From contig NC_135667.1 of NCBI RefSeq assembly GCF_964188315.1, forward strand, positions 9,734,001-9,798,000: a stretch of 64,000 nucleotides of DNA. The letters run 5' to 3'. Positions 11,770 to 23,745 of the stretch are shown in pieces. The translations under genes were made by a program, and so were the position numbers. Each line of letters starts with the position of its first letter. The first letter of the stretch is position 1. Origin of the DNA: Podarcis muralis (lineage: Eukaryota). The notes under the pieces were generated by a model, which saw only the letters and a program-made list of their open reading frames with translations, was not told the origin of the DNA and made no database searches.

Positions 11770-12260
11770 TGTAAAAAAGAACCACACGTGTTCAGATTTC
11801 CTCCTCTTCAGATAGTCTTTGAAGGCTTCATTGACCTTCTCATTCCTTAGACTATAAATAAAAGGGTTCAGAAATGGTGTAAACACTCCAGTAAGGACTG
11901 CAATTCCCTTCTGGACATCAGAAGATCATCCCTGGCTGGGCAAGGAGTACATGAATATTGCACTGCCATAAAAGATGGACGTGGTTCTGCTGTGAGAAGC
12001 GCAGGTTGGAAATGTCTTTTGCCGACCTTTTATGGAGTACATGTGCAAGATGGTGGCAATGATGTAGACATCAGAGACACCAGCGACAGACAAGGAGGTG
12101 ACTAACACCAGTCCAGACAGAATGCCCTCCAGAGCCAGAAGGAGCTGCACCTGTTTTCAAGGAAGTTTTATCATTGGACCATAGTCACAGAAAAAATGGT
12201 CTATGACATTATCGCCACAGAAGGACAACCGAGTCAGCAAAAGCGTGGGAGCAAAGTTGT
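11770..12260 (-). pseudogene. 5'-truncated OR pseudogene (36569/41294 subfamily)
   Basis: SFCGDNVIDHFFCDYGPMIKLP*...GRQKTFPTCASH...IFMYSLPSQG*SSDVQKG...PFLNPFIYSLRNEKV, with in-frame stops. Confidence 0.9.
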
Positions 12261-13059
12261 TAAGGAAAGCGTCAACATTTTTCACATTACATTGTTGTTA
12301 AATGTGTGTTGTTGAAGGCTTTCAAAAATTCTTAATAACAGTAATAACACATCAACGGGGGGGGGGGTTGTTTTTCAAAAATTTCAGTTCATGAAATTTT
12401 GGAATGCTGTTCTCCAGCCAAGTAGTGGGTGAAGATGTGCATATACTAGGATAAAAAGTCCATAAAAATGCACACATTGGTTACAATAACATGTCAAAGT
12501 TCATTATATTATGATAAATCGCTTTAAAAAAACATGTAGATTAGGAAAAAATGTGCACATTAGGAGAATTTTTTTCATGAAGACTTGCTGATTTGCCAAA
12601 ATTTTGTAGTAGTTAACTTTAATCATATAGCTTGGCACTGATACTACCCTAGATATTTCTCTCTCTCTCTCAAAAAAGGAATAATTGACATGTTTGCCCA
12701 TAATGAAAATAAGAAAACTCTGAATACCTTTATAAAGCAAAGCAGTATAATATGCTATAATATGCCTCACCTTGGTATGATGCAGCTTTCAGCACCAGAT
12801 CTATAATAAAGAGTTCCTGTGTCACTTAAACCTTATCATGGCTGGGTGTCTTCCATCATCCTCTCCATAGAATACTAGTGTGATAAGCTTTATTTAAAGG
12901 TCTCTTGGGAGGAGGACGTTCATTCTTAAGTGGAACAAAGCTGTTTTAATTTGCACAGATTAGCCTTCTCCAAGCCATGCTCTCCACATGTTTGGACCAC
13001 AGCTCCCAGCAGCCACTGCCAGATTCAGAGGGTCCCAAATTCAATCTCCAGGTTAGGAG

Positions 13060-13170
13060 CTGATGATTATTCCAGTCTTTCCCAGGCCTATCTGAAGTTG
13101 GTAGCAATTGAACCCAGGACTTTCTGTGTGCAAATCAGATGCTTTACCACTCAGCCCACGCTGCCCCCCC
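13060..13170 (-). mobile_element. Degraded tRNA-derived SINE
   Basis: Reverse strand gagtggtaaagcatctgatttgcacacagaaagtcctgggttcaat has Pol III A/B-box-like motifs. Confidence 0.5.
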
Positions 13171-14226
13171 AGTGGAATGTGTTGCATCCATAACTAAGGA
13201 CATGAGACAATTGGCCAAGTACAGGAAGTCCCCAATTGTTATTTATACATATAAAAACATACACACTGGACCTGTCAGCATGTTGAGCAAAGCAAGAAAA
13301 CAACTAGAAAGAGTGGTTATATATGTTGCCCAAGGACCCTTTTAGAAGATGGCAAAAATGTATCTTTGGATCTCTGTACATCAGTGGTGGTTAACTTTGG
13401 TAGGACCACAGGTTAGCTACCCTTGCTCTGTCTATAGGCATCACCCCTCTCCTTTGCCTGTTTAAGTGACGGTCTGCAGTGATTAAAAATGGGTCCATTT
13501 TCTACACACCTTCCTCCCAAAGAAATGCTTTGCAGACATTTAATTTATTTAAATGAGCTGTACACTCCCTTACAGTGGAGTTTACAGTTTTATGGTGAGT
13601 GTTTCAGTCTCCTGAAATAGCTGTTTGCCAGTTCTTCATGCTTGCAGTGGCCTGACCGCCATCAATGGATGCTAACTTTTCCTTGTAGCCCATCTCTCCT
13701 CTCATTCCTTGAATGCTTTCCAAAAGTACTTTATAAATATCTAAATGTGCACTCACCCAGATATGGCTAGCTGGTATCACTGAGAGCAATAGTAGGGAAC
13801 TGAGGGTGCCGACAAGTGGTGTTTAATTTTAATTTTACTTTTCTCCGGAATACTGAAAAGGTTGTCATAAAAGTGATTTTGTCAAAGTGGAAAGTGTTTG
13901 TTCATTTCTAAAGAGAGCTGCTTTTTTCAGAAATGAATACAAATGACAACAGTTTTGCAAAGGAGTGCTGATTTAAAAGGTATATTATTTTACATTGATG
14001 TTTAAGTTAGGGGACTTAGATTGTTAAAAAAACCAACCATCCCAGTATTCATAGACTATCTAAAAGTACTGCAGGAAACTTTGCTATATAATAAACTTTA
14101 AACTTTATTATATAGTTTCCTAAGCTCCAAGTCTACTCATTAACTTCTTAATAATAATAGTAGTAGTAGTATCTATGCTGAAATACCTCTATGAATCTAG
14201 GTGTGCTTCTTATTCATTTTCTGGGT

Positions 14227-14250
14227 GGTAATTAATTCTCTAGGGAATGA
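14227..14250 (+). promoter_or_regulatory. Lhx2-type homeodomain + O/E(EBF) composite site, copy 1
   Basis: ggTAATTAaTTCTCTAGGGAAtga: TAATTA, one spacer base, then TTCCCNNGGGAA with one mismatch. Confidence 0.6.
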
Positions 14251-14823
14251 ATTTAAGGAACAAATTTATTAAACTGTGACAGAATAATTTCTGACCTCCA
14301 GCAACCTTAGCTGATTCGAGCAGATCAGAGTCCCTTACAGCCACCCAGATTTTACTGGTTGGCATAACTGAGGGCAATTGTGAGGAACTGAGAGTGTGGG
14401 CAAGTGGTGGGAATTTAAACAAAAAAAAATATTTTTTATTTTTTGAGCACAGAAAAAGTTGCCATAAGAGTGATTTTGAGAGCTGGAAGTGGTTGTGAAA
14501 TGCCATGAGAAGTTTCACCTCAACTCTAAACATGACATTCTACCTGTCAGAAGGAGGACCTTTTTCAAAAGCATGTTGATTTTAAATATACAGTATGTCT
14601 TTTTACACTGATGTTAAATTACACTTTTACACAGGACTTTTAAAAATCTAGTTTTCATAGGCCTTTTCATAGAGCATTGCTAGAAACTTGGCAGATAATT
14701 AATTTCAAAACTTTTTTAAGCAGCTGATTAGTTCCCAAGCTCCAGTCTACTTATTAACTTCTTAAAAATTAAACCATCTAAGTTGAGATGCCTCCAAGGA
14801 TCAAAACTTGCCTCTCACTTTAG

Positions 14824-14847
14824 GGTAATTAATTCTCTAGGGAATGA
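14824..14847 (+). promoter_or_regulatory. Lhx2-type homeodomain + O/E(EBF) composite site, copy 2
   Basis: Identical 24-mer 597 bp downstream of copy 1, in otherwise diverged sequence. Confidence 0.6.
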
Positions 14848-16074
14848 TTGCTAGGAACAAACTTCTTAAACTTTTTTTTAAAATAATAATGATGATGATG
14901 ACCTCTAGTAACCTTGGTTGATACTAGGAAATCAGAAAACAACTGAATGAATACCAGATCCCCTTCTCATAGACCAGCATGTAGACAGTGGTGAAGTGGT
15001 CAGTTCTAAAGTCCAGGAACCTATCAGGACAGCCCCGTCCCCCAACACGGGAGTCCACAAAAGTGGGCAGGTGTGGACTATATACATCAGTGGTAGCCAA
15101 AACGGTGCCCTCCACATGAAGTTGGACTGTTGATACTGCTGTCCCTGACCAATAGCTATACATGCTGAGGCTGATGGGATTTGTAGTCCAACAACTTCTG
15201 AGGGGCATCTTATTGGTAATCTATTATCTGCATACAGGCACATACACATGAGGCAAAGGACACAGAATATATTATCCAATGTATGAGGGTCAGAAAGACT
15301 GTAATTCAATGCACGGTTTCCTGGAAAGGAGTGGTTCGTCCAATGGGGCAGATTGCAACAGTGAGATCACTGCCACATACCAGGAGGGAGGGCAGGTGAT
15401 GATGGTGGGGCTGTGGGGCCCCACCACCAGGGTCAATACAGCTCTCCTGCCATTGCACACATGCAGCCTTGACCTGACTGCCACCTTGCTCTTCCTCTTC
15501 TGGTAGATGACAGAAAGGCTATGCTCAGCTCCACCTTACCAGGTCAGATGTTTGAGGAGTTAGCTCCATAGGAATAAGCAGTGCTTACTTCTGACAGCTG
15601 TGGTTCAATGGTTCTGAAATGAAGGGAAAGAGAGGCAAGCAACTAGGCCTTGGCCCAGCCATGCCACAGAGGCCCGTACTGTGTGCTTCCATTGGTTCCG
15701 GGCTCTGATATGACTCCTAGAAACATGACCCAATAAAGCAGTTGACCCAATAAAGCAGGAAGCTGTTTATTGGACAGTAAACTAGTGTGATTTCCTCTTC
15801 CTTCAGACTTATAAAGTATGTAATGGACTTTTCATTTTTCTTTGACATTTTGGACTAGGATCTGGGACATGAGTGCTCAAATCCTTTCTCAGTCTCGAGG
15901 CTCACTGGATGAAATTGAGCCATTCAAAATGTATCAGCTTTACCTACCTCAGAGAATGGTTGTATGGATAAAATAGAGAAGGCAGAACTATATATGGCAT
16001 CTTGGTTGGAGGACAAGTGGGATAGCCATTAAAGCTAAAATAAAATAAACCAAATGACATTCACAGGGATTCTG

Positions 16075-16830
16075 CCAATGCCTTCGGAATTGTGCCATCT
16101 TGGAAATTGGACACACCACTGCTGCCATCCCAAAAGTGTTGTTCAACTTTCCAACTGGCAGGGAAACAATCTTATCTGCTCGATGTGTAAGTCAATTGTT
16201 TTTCTGTTTCGTCTGGGAACCACAGATTTCTTCCTGCTAATTGTGATGTCCTTTGACCAATATGTGGCCATCTGCAATCCCCTAAGGTACACCACCAACA
16301 TGAACGAGATGTTCTGCACACTTTTGGTGCTGTTCTCTTGGATTGGGTCGCTTGCTGTGATTTTGGCCCCAACTATGCTATTCGTTCAATTTCCTTTTTG
16401 TGACTCAAACATCATTGACCATTTCTTCTGCGACAGCAAACCATTACTCCATCTTCTCTGTGGTGACACACCTTTTCTGGAGCTCTCCGCCTTTCAGTGT
16501 TTACACTACTGGGGACTTTACCTATCACTGTTGTGTCCTATGTGAATATAATATCAACTGTTCTCCACATCCCAGCTGCTGCAGGAAGGCAGAAGGCCTT
16601 TTCCACCTGTGCTTCCCACATCACTGTTGTCACTGTCACCTATGGAAACTGCATGTCTATGTACATCATACCAGATCAGGGTGATAGGCATAATTTCAAC
16701 AAAGTAGTGTAATTTCTTAACTATGTGTTGTGTCCTCTTATGACGCCCTTTGTGTACAGCCTGAGGAACAGACAAGTTAAAGATGCTTTGACAGGTGCTT
16801 TTTGACTGCAGACATTTATTTAATAAAGGA
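16075..16830 (+). pseudogene. 5'-truncated, frameshifted OR pseudogene (8687/31237 subfamily)
   Basis: LGTTDFFLLIVMSFDQYVAICNPLRY...DHFFCDSKPLLHLLCGDT, frameshift, TLLGTLPITVVSYV...KAFSTCASH...NFNKVV*. Confidence 0.92.
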
Positions 16831-17536
16831 CAAATAAACTGGTGTAGTTCAAAAGAAAGAGAGGAGGGATAAGTGTGAACCAACTCAAATAGGCCTGTGA
16901 TACTTCTTGTGGCATGTCAAAAGCTGTAACAAAAAGTGTTTTAAAAGGAAAAAGGGGAAAAAGAAAACCTTCCTTTGTTCGCAAAACCTCTCTTTATACC
17001 TTTTAGGCCAAACAATCCAAATCCTTGTTCAATTCAGGAAGTCCAGAGCAAGAGCATCTGAACCAACTCATGATGGGTGGCTTTCACAACACCTGTTTCC
17101 TTACCAAATTTGCAAATGAGAAGAGCTATGTTCAAAACCATCAGCTTTGGGGTTGGTGGCAGGGAACAAGCACATCATTTGGCATTGGCAGGTGTGGGAA
17201 ATGTTACTTTCCTCGATCTCAAATTATGGAATTGCATGAAAAACCATCTCAACTACAGGATGCTGGCAAAGCCTAATTCAAAGTAGAGCTTCTGCTATAT
17301 AAGATCATATATAATACCTCTTCCAGAACAGTATGCAGTATATGGATATGTTTGTCTGTTTAATGAAATTAAATTAAATAATACATTTATTTAACAGAAT
17401 AAAAGAACAATAATAGTAATGATCAGTGGGTTTTTTGTTCCTAAAAATGTTTAGGGGTACTCTTGCTTTGACTCAAGAAAATCACCATTTTATAGTTCAA
17501 ATTGGGAAAAATAAATACAGCAAATGGACAAAAGTA

Positions 17537-17767
17537 CAGTGGTACCTCAGGTTAAGTACTTAATTTGTTCTGGAGACCTGTTCTTAACCTGAAACTGCTC
17601 TTAACCTGAAGCACCACTTTAGCTAATGGGGCCTCCTGCTGCCGCTGCACAATTTCTGTTCTCATCCTGAAGCATAGTCTTTAACCCGAGGTAATATTTC
17701 TGGGTTAGCGGAGTCTGTAACCTGAAGCATATGTAACCTGAAGCATATGTAACCCGAGGTACCACTG
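17537..17767 (+). mobile_element. Tc1/mariner-pogo-type MITE
   Basis: TIRs cagtggtacctc.ggtta...taacccgaggtaccactg, flanked by TA on both sides. Confidence 0.9.
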
Positions 17768-17973
17768 TACAAAGATTCACAAAATGATTAGGGTTATGCA
17801 CAACCTTGCGTCCCCCCAGAAAAAAGAACTGGCAATGATGATGTTTCAAGATGGAGTGTAACACTAATTTTTCTAGGCAGAGCTTCTGCAAAGATGGATA
17901 CTTCTGAAGAATAATACAATGCCCATTTCCTTTCACAGTCTCTTTTCAGATGATCTCTTTTCACATTTCCTTT

Positions 17974-18927
17974 TCAGATGGTCCCTGGTCCCTTAGCAAT
18001 GGTTTTGAGTTGCCCAAACAAATTTTTCAAGGCCTCCTGAACCTGTTTGTTTCTCAAGCTGTAGATGAAAGGGTTGAGCAAAGGGGACACAACAGTATTG
18101 AGGACGGCCACCATTTTGCCAAACTCCACTTTGCTGCTCTGTGTTGGTTTGATATAAAGGAAGATGCAGCTCCCGTAGGTGATGGACACCACAATGAAGT
18201 GAGAGGCACAAGTGGAAAAGGCCTTCTGTCTCCCTGTGGCAGTGGGGAAATGTAAAATGGTTTGGATTATCTTGACGTATGACATTACTGTAATTGTCAA
18301 GCTTCCCAACACAGAAAGCACAGCAGTGATGAACCCAAAGAATTGCAAAAGTGATGTGTCCCCACAAACGAGTTTGATCAATGGTGTATTGTCACAGAAG
18401 AAGTGGTCAAGGACGTTGGACTTGCATATTGGAAACTGTAGGAAAAGCACCCATGGACCAATGATGAGGAGAAAACTGCCAACCCAACAAAACACAACCA
18501 GCGTGATGCATAAGTAATGGTTCATGATGGCTGGATAACGCAAGGGATTGCAGATGGCTACATATCGATCGTAGGACATAACAGCTAAGAGGAAGAACTC
18601 GGTAGTTCCCAGTTGGAAATATAAGAAGGACTGTATCATGCAACCAATGTAAGTGATGTTTTTATTGCCGGTTGAAAGATGGACCAAGGTTTGGGGAATT
18701 ATTGCTGTGGTGAAGCCAATTTCCAAGAAAGAGAAATTCTGGAGGAAGAAATACATAGGAGTGTGTAGCCGGTGATCTATTTGAGCAACCATGATAATCA
18801 CAGCATTGCCTAGGATGGCCAGAAGGTAGGAAAAGAGAAGGGTGGTGAATAACAGGAGCTGCAGTTTCCGGATGTCGGTGAAGCCCAGAAGGATAAACTC
18901 ACTGACTGTTGTTTGGTTGTACTTCAT
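17974..18927 (-). CDS. Olfactory receptor, family-6-like, 317 aa (MKYNQTTVSEF...)
   Basis: Motifs LHTPMYFFL, MSYDRYVAICNPLRY, DHFFCD, KAFSTCASH, YGSCIFLYIKP, PLLNPFIYSLRN. The ATG follows a pyrimidine tract and the acceptor tctccag. Confidence 0.96.
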   Translation of the reverse strand: MKYNQTTVSEFILLGFTDIRKLQLLLFTTLLFSYLLAILGNAVIIMVAQIDHRLHTPMYFFLQNFSFLEIGFTTAIIPQTLVHLSTGNKNITYIGCMIQSFLYFQLGTTEFFLLAVMSYDRYVAICNPLRYPAIMNHYLCITLVVFCWVGSFLLIIGPWVLFLQFPICKSNVLDHFFCDNTPLIKLVCGDTSLLQFFGFITAVLSVLGSLTITVMSYVKIIQTILHFPTATGRQKAFSTCASHFIVVSITYGSCIFLYIKPTQSSKVEFGKMVAVLNTVVSPLLNPFIYSLRNKQVQEALKNLFGQLKTIAKGPGTI

Positions 18928-19287
18928 GCCTTCTTTAGAACTGGAGATGGGGTGGGAGAAGAAAGTGATGGACAGAAATACATAACATTGAAATAAATAA
19001 ATAATGTTGTGAACCACCCTGTGATCTTTGGATGAATGGCGTGATAAATATAAGCAAAGACATAGATGAATAAATGTTCACAGTCATTTTAGTCACTACA
19101 GAGCTGTCGACAATTGCATGTGCAACCCCCGAGTTAAAATATGCCAATCGAAATTACTTAATGGTGTTGATGTTGAGGATTGAGTTCAATCAAGATAACC
19201 ATTATCTCTACTGCTGGGCTATGGCCCCTACAAAACATGAGGAAAACACACAAAGTAGGAAAATTGATGCCGACCTTTACTATATTT

Positions 19288-19336
19288 AGACAGACAGACG
19301 GACGGACGGACGGACAAACAGACAGACAGACAGACA

Positions 19337-19370
<34 letters not shown>
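19288..19370. repeat. Compound microsatellite (GACR)n(CA)n
   Basis: Direct reading of the sequence. Confidence 0.95.
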
Positions 19371-19374
<4 letters not shown>

Positions 19375-20970
19375 GCTAGAAGAGTAAAGCATAAGAAAGG
19401 AAGAGGAGAAATGGAGAAATCTAAGCCTGTGTGTGCTTTTTATCTTGGTGGATAGGTATAAAATTCTAAGCTACTGAAAATCTTTTCTCCGCATCCTCGC
19501 AGTAACTCTAAAGTGTGCCACCTTTGGAAAAGAACCAGCATGGTGCAGTGTTTAGTGTGTTGGACTAGGGCCTGGGACGCTTGAGTTCAAATCCTGACAC
19601 AGTCATGATCCTTGGCCTAATCAACTTCTCAGGTTTGTTGTGATGAAGAATGGGAACGAGAGAACCATGTGCCCCATTTTAAGCTCTTTGCAGGAACTAT
19701 GAAGTCAGACTGTCAGGTTCCAAATGGCATTCCCACTATCATGGAAAACTGCAGAAACATTACAATGTGCATTGCATATCCAGGTAATCCAGGTAATCAG
19801 ATAGGGGGTCCATTTTAAATTAAGATGGCTGGTGGACCTAAGGTCTTCCAGAGGTTGATGGACTCCAGCTCCCAGCAGTCAAGGCCAGCATGGCCAATGG
19901 TCAAGGAGTGTGGGAGCTGAAGTCCAAAAGGATCTGCAGAGCCACAGCCTCCCCATTCCTGACAAAGGATCTGAGCCGCCTCTTCTTCCTAAAGCTTACC
20001 TTGGAAATTATTTCATGCCTTCAATATTGTGGCTGTGCCAACTGCATTGTAACGGACCATGGACAACATTTGTGAATGATTAGCCCCCTAATATCTCCTT
20101 TCTTTTTTATATTTGAAAGCTGTATAGAAATATGGACGTACGGAGATCTAGTTTTGTCAGATTTGTGGCTCATTATAGGTTCCCACAACATTATAGGTTC
20201 CCAGAAGATCTATGTATTCTGAGTAACAGATGACTAATTTAATCCTCTCTTGTTTTGATTCTACGGACTCAGTACTTGAAATGGGGGAGTGAAAAGAAGA
20301 GGCCATGTTGCGTCTAGGGCCGGGCATGGTGAGCTTAAACCCAGGAGGGCAAGGTTCATATCCCCAGAGAACTCAGAAACTTTCCTTGGGCAAGGTACTC
20401 TCTCTCAGCTTAACATCCTTCACTGTTGTGAAGATAAAATGGGGGCAGGACCCATTCATGGAATGGTGAGATAAGAATGTAAGAATTAAATAGCAATGCT
20501 ATAAAATTCATAACTGAGATCTAAGTGATATACTTTTAATAAAAAAATCAGGGTCAACATTGTTAATATTTTTAAAATATTAAAATGCTTGCATCATAAT
20601 GTGGTGGTGATGATGATTCAGCTCACAACTATGGAGGGAATGGAAGGTTTTTAACCATTTCCCTCCCAGCTATTTACCCAAATCTCTCTCCAGCCCCTTT
20701 CTTTGACTCAGATGGGAGCTTTCTTCTAAATGCCAATAGAGGCTGGCGGGTAGGGGAGAGGATTTTCATAGAATCATAGAATCATGGAATGGACCCTGAG
20801 TCATTGTGACCAAAGCCAGAAGGGAAAGGTTAGCACCCCACACCCCTGTATCCTACAGTCTCCAACCTGATGTCTCCCTGACCTGTGGCTACTATTTCTT
20901 TTTTAAATGATTCCTGTAAACCTAGAGAGATACATTTAACTTCACATTTTGGATGACCTGTGTTGGTTTC

Positions 20971-21298
20971 TGAAATATACTCAGAGTCCTGTAGTGATTC
21001 CATGCTCTTTATTGCAGCTTGTAAAACAGTGATTGAATTGCCCCCCAAACCTCAGGCTTTTATATACATTATTTACACAATGAGTCCCATCTGATTGGCT
21101 GATTCTGCTTCCCTCCTGGAGCCTAGTTGGTCTTTTTCTGCAGACCAATCAGTTGTTGCATTCTAGGATCCTATCAGCCTAATAGGCTGGTTAACTTCCA
21201 CCTGGAGCCTGATTGGTCTTTTCCTGCAAGCCAATCAGTTGTTGCATTCTAGGATCCTATTTGCCTATTGTTCTAGGATCCAAGCTTAGTACATAACA
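20971..21298 (-). mobile_element. Solo LTR
   Basis: Reverse strand TGTTATGTACT...AGTATATTTCA, 5-bp TSD gtttc at 20966-20970 and 21299-21303, several CCAAT boxes, TATA and AATAAA. Same family as 45711-45996. Confidence 0.9.
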
Positions 21299-21579
21299 GT
21301 TTCTAAATAGCCCTTGAGAGACACCTATTGTCTGTAGCTAAGGTCTGAAAGTGAGTGTTGTGGGGGTGGACATAAATGAAAGCAGAGGAGGATGCTTTTG
21401 TGGCAGTTGAAGAGTGGAGATGTCAATGCGTTGGTGATGCCCTTTTTGCAAGATAGGTCATTCCATTACCCCTTCCATCACATTTCCACCATCATCACCC
21501 TCGACAGTGAGTTAGTAGCATTCCATGGCTACGGAGCATGCTCACTGTACTTTTGGCTCTCTGGGCAATGAAAGTGAGA

Positions 21580-21745
21580 TGAGAAGGACTTTACCTGAGA
21601 CTTGGGTTCCCCTGACATTAGGTATGCAGCTGGGAGCTTTTAGGACTCGGTAATAACCATTCCCAGGTAACTTCATATAAACTCTGTCTCAATGACAGCA
21701 CATTCTGTAGAAAGAATGAAGACACGACACTAAGTCATGGTAAGA
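21580..21745 (+). promoter_or_regulatory. Putative promoter and first exon of the OR at 22792, ending ATG|gtaaga
   Basis: O/E-like ttcccctg, catataaa at about 21674, ATG at 21737-21739, canonical donor at 21740. Paralogous to 26140-26303. Confidence 0.6.
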
Positions 21746-22325
21746 TTTGGGGGCCAATGAACCAACACTTTATTTCTTTATTATCTTGATTTGGCTGCTA
21801 GCTACATAAGAAAATTCAGAGGATGTAATAAATTTTGTCTGTGACTTTCTAATTCTTTGGAGTCTTACAGTGCTGGAGTAGAAGAAGATACAGTTTTTTG
21901 CCAATTTTCCCTTCCATCGGCACCACTTTCCATACTGCTCTGACCCCACCCCAGCAACACCTTCTGAGTAAGATTTTAGGGTGCATATGGGTCTGCAATG
22001 TGGAAAGGGTATATGCCCCCTTCTCCAATCTACTGACTCAATGCTCTCCTGAAAAGAAGAGGGTTCAGTGGGAGCCACTGGATAAAACCAAATAATGTTG
22101 GCTGTTTATTTAGATTATTCACTATACACATACATTGGGTTTTAAGAATAATGGGGATTCTTTAAAGAGGTATGTGAATTAAGTTAATAGAAGAACAATT
22201 GGTTCATCTTCCTCCTCACATCAGACAGTTCTAAACTGAATCATTCAAACATGCCTATTATACTACTGTTACACTCATTTGTTTCATGTTCATGCATGGG
22301 GTGGTGATTTTTTCCAGTACAGATA

Positions 22326-22484
22326 CAGTATTTTTCCATGTATAAGATGACCCCTGTTTTTGGGGACTCCAAACTGAGAAAACACCCCACAGTTCTACCC
22401 ATGTATAAGACGAGCCCCAATTTTAAACTTTTTTTTTTTTTTTGGTAAAAAAAAAAACCTAGTCTTATACACAGAAAAATACAG
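22326..22484 (+). mobile_element. Tc1/mariner-type MITE, second family
   Basis: TIRs cagtatttttccatgtataaga...tcttatacacagaaaaatacag, TA flanks. Confidence 0.8.
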
Positions 22485-22791
22485 TAATCGAATTTCTATC
22501 ACCCACTTGTTAGGCATTGATCTGAGAAAAAGCCAACCTAGGACAATCTTATGAAACCTCTCATTGTTAGGAAGAGAGGAATAATAAGAATAAGAATAAT
22601 GTTCTGAATTTATGAAAAGGGAAGTATCGCAAAATTAAGAAATAACTGGAATACAAGAGAAGACTTTTTAGGGTGGAGATAATGGTTATTTGTATATTTG
22701 AAATCTCAGAAGAGGGGGAAAGTGGCAACCTTGAATCACACAAACTCCAACGTGTGTAATTTGCATGTGTCTTCACTTGCCAATTTTGCAG

Positions 22792-23745
22792 CTGAAACTG
22801 TGGTTGAGGAATCAGAGCAGCGTGGACCAGGTGTCTGAGTTCATCTTAATTGGCTTCCATCTTCCTAGGCCATTGGAGGTATTTTTTTCTATGGTGTTGC
22901 TTCTTGTTTTCCTGTTAACGCTAGCTGGGAATTTCACCATCATCACACTGGTATGTCTGGACCAGCGCCTCCAAACCCCCATGTACTTTTTCCTTTGCAA
23001 CCTCTCCCTCCTGGAGGTCCTCTTTGTCTTGTCAATCACCCCCAAGATGCTGGTGAACCTCCTTTCCATGAACAAAGCCATCTCTTTCTTGGGCTGTGTG
23101 TCTCAGTGCTATTTCTACTTCTTTCTTGGAACCACGGAAACCATCCTTATTGCTGTGATGGCCTTTGATCGCTACGCTGCCATCTGCAAACCTCTTCGCT
23201 ATACCATCATCATGAATGGTTGGGTCTGCATCAATTTGGTCTTGGGTTGCTGGATTGGTGGTTTCCTCTCTACACTTGGCCCCATCATTTTGCTCTTCAA
23301 CCTATCCTTCTGTGGCTCTAACACTATAGACCATTTCTTCTGTGACTATGCCCCAATGATAAAGCTTTCTTGCAATGATGTACATTTCCAATTGGCTCTG
23401 GAGAATGTCTTGTCCTCAGTGGTGCTCCTGAGCTCTTTGTTTGTCACTGTCGTCTCTTACATCTATGTCATTGTCACCATCTTGCGCATGCACTCTGCCA
23501 AAGGTCGACAAAAGACATTTTCCACCTGTGCTGCTCATATCACTGTTGCCTCCATCTTTTTTGGCAGTGCAATTTTCATGTACTCTTTACCTAGCCAAGG
23601 ATTTTCTCGGCAGGTACAGAAGGTAGTTGCAGTTTTTACTGCCATTGTAACACCATTACTAAACCCTTTTATTTATAGTCTAAGGAATGAGAAGGTCAAG
23701 GAGGCCTTCAAAGACTGTCTGAGGAAGTGGGCATTCTCACAATGA
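22792..23745 (+). CDS. Olfactory receptor main coding exon; start ATG probably on the upstream exon (21737-21739)
   Basis: Motifs LQTPMYFFLCNLS, MAFDRYAAICKPLRY, DHFFCD, KTFSTCAAH, PLLNPFIYSLRN. Phase-0 acceptor ttttgcag at 22791. No ATG before TM1. Confidence 0.9.
   Translation: MKLWLRNQSSVDQVSEFILIGFHLPRPLEVFFSMVLLLVFLLTLAGNFTIITLVCLDQRLQTPMYFFLCNLSLLEVLFVLSITPKMLVNLLSMNKAISFLGCVSQCYFYFFLGTTETILIAVMAFDRYAAICKPLRYTIIMNGWVCINLVLGCWIGGFLSTLGPIILLFNLSFCGSNTIDHFFCDYAPMIKLSCNDVHFQLALENVLSSVVLLSSLFVTVVSYIYVIVTILRMHSAKGRQKTFSTCAAHITVASIFFGSAIFMYSLPSQGFSRQVQKVVAVFTAIVTPLLNPFIYSLRNEKVKEAFKDCLRKWAFSQ

Larger units (their letters stand above)
13780..14930. repeat. Old tandem duplication, unit about 590-600 bp, with conserved regulatory cores
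   Basis: 13780-14330 aligns with 14367-14930. Shared blocks include actgag.gcaat, caagtggtg, aagctcca.gtctact.attaacttcttaa and an identical 24-mer. Confidence 0.8.

Noticed and set aside
15280-15720. GC-richer segment resembling a retroelement fragment
   Set aside because: No motif I could assign with confidence.
18928-19017. 30-aa N-terminal extension of the 347-aa ORF
   Set aside because: It reads through a pyrimidine tract and AG acceptor. MKYNQT gives a normal OR length and sequon position.
22765-22791. GTG start in the ORF track for the 326-aa OR
   Set aside because: It lies in the polypyrimidine tract before the acceptor; a GTG start is unlikely in a vertebrate.
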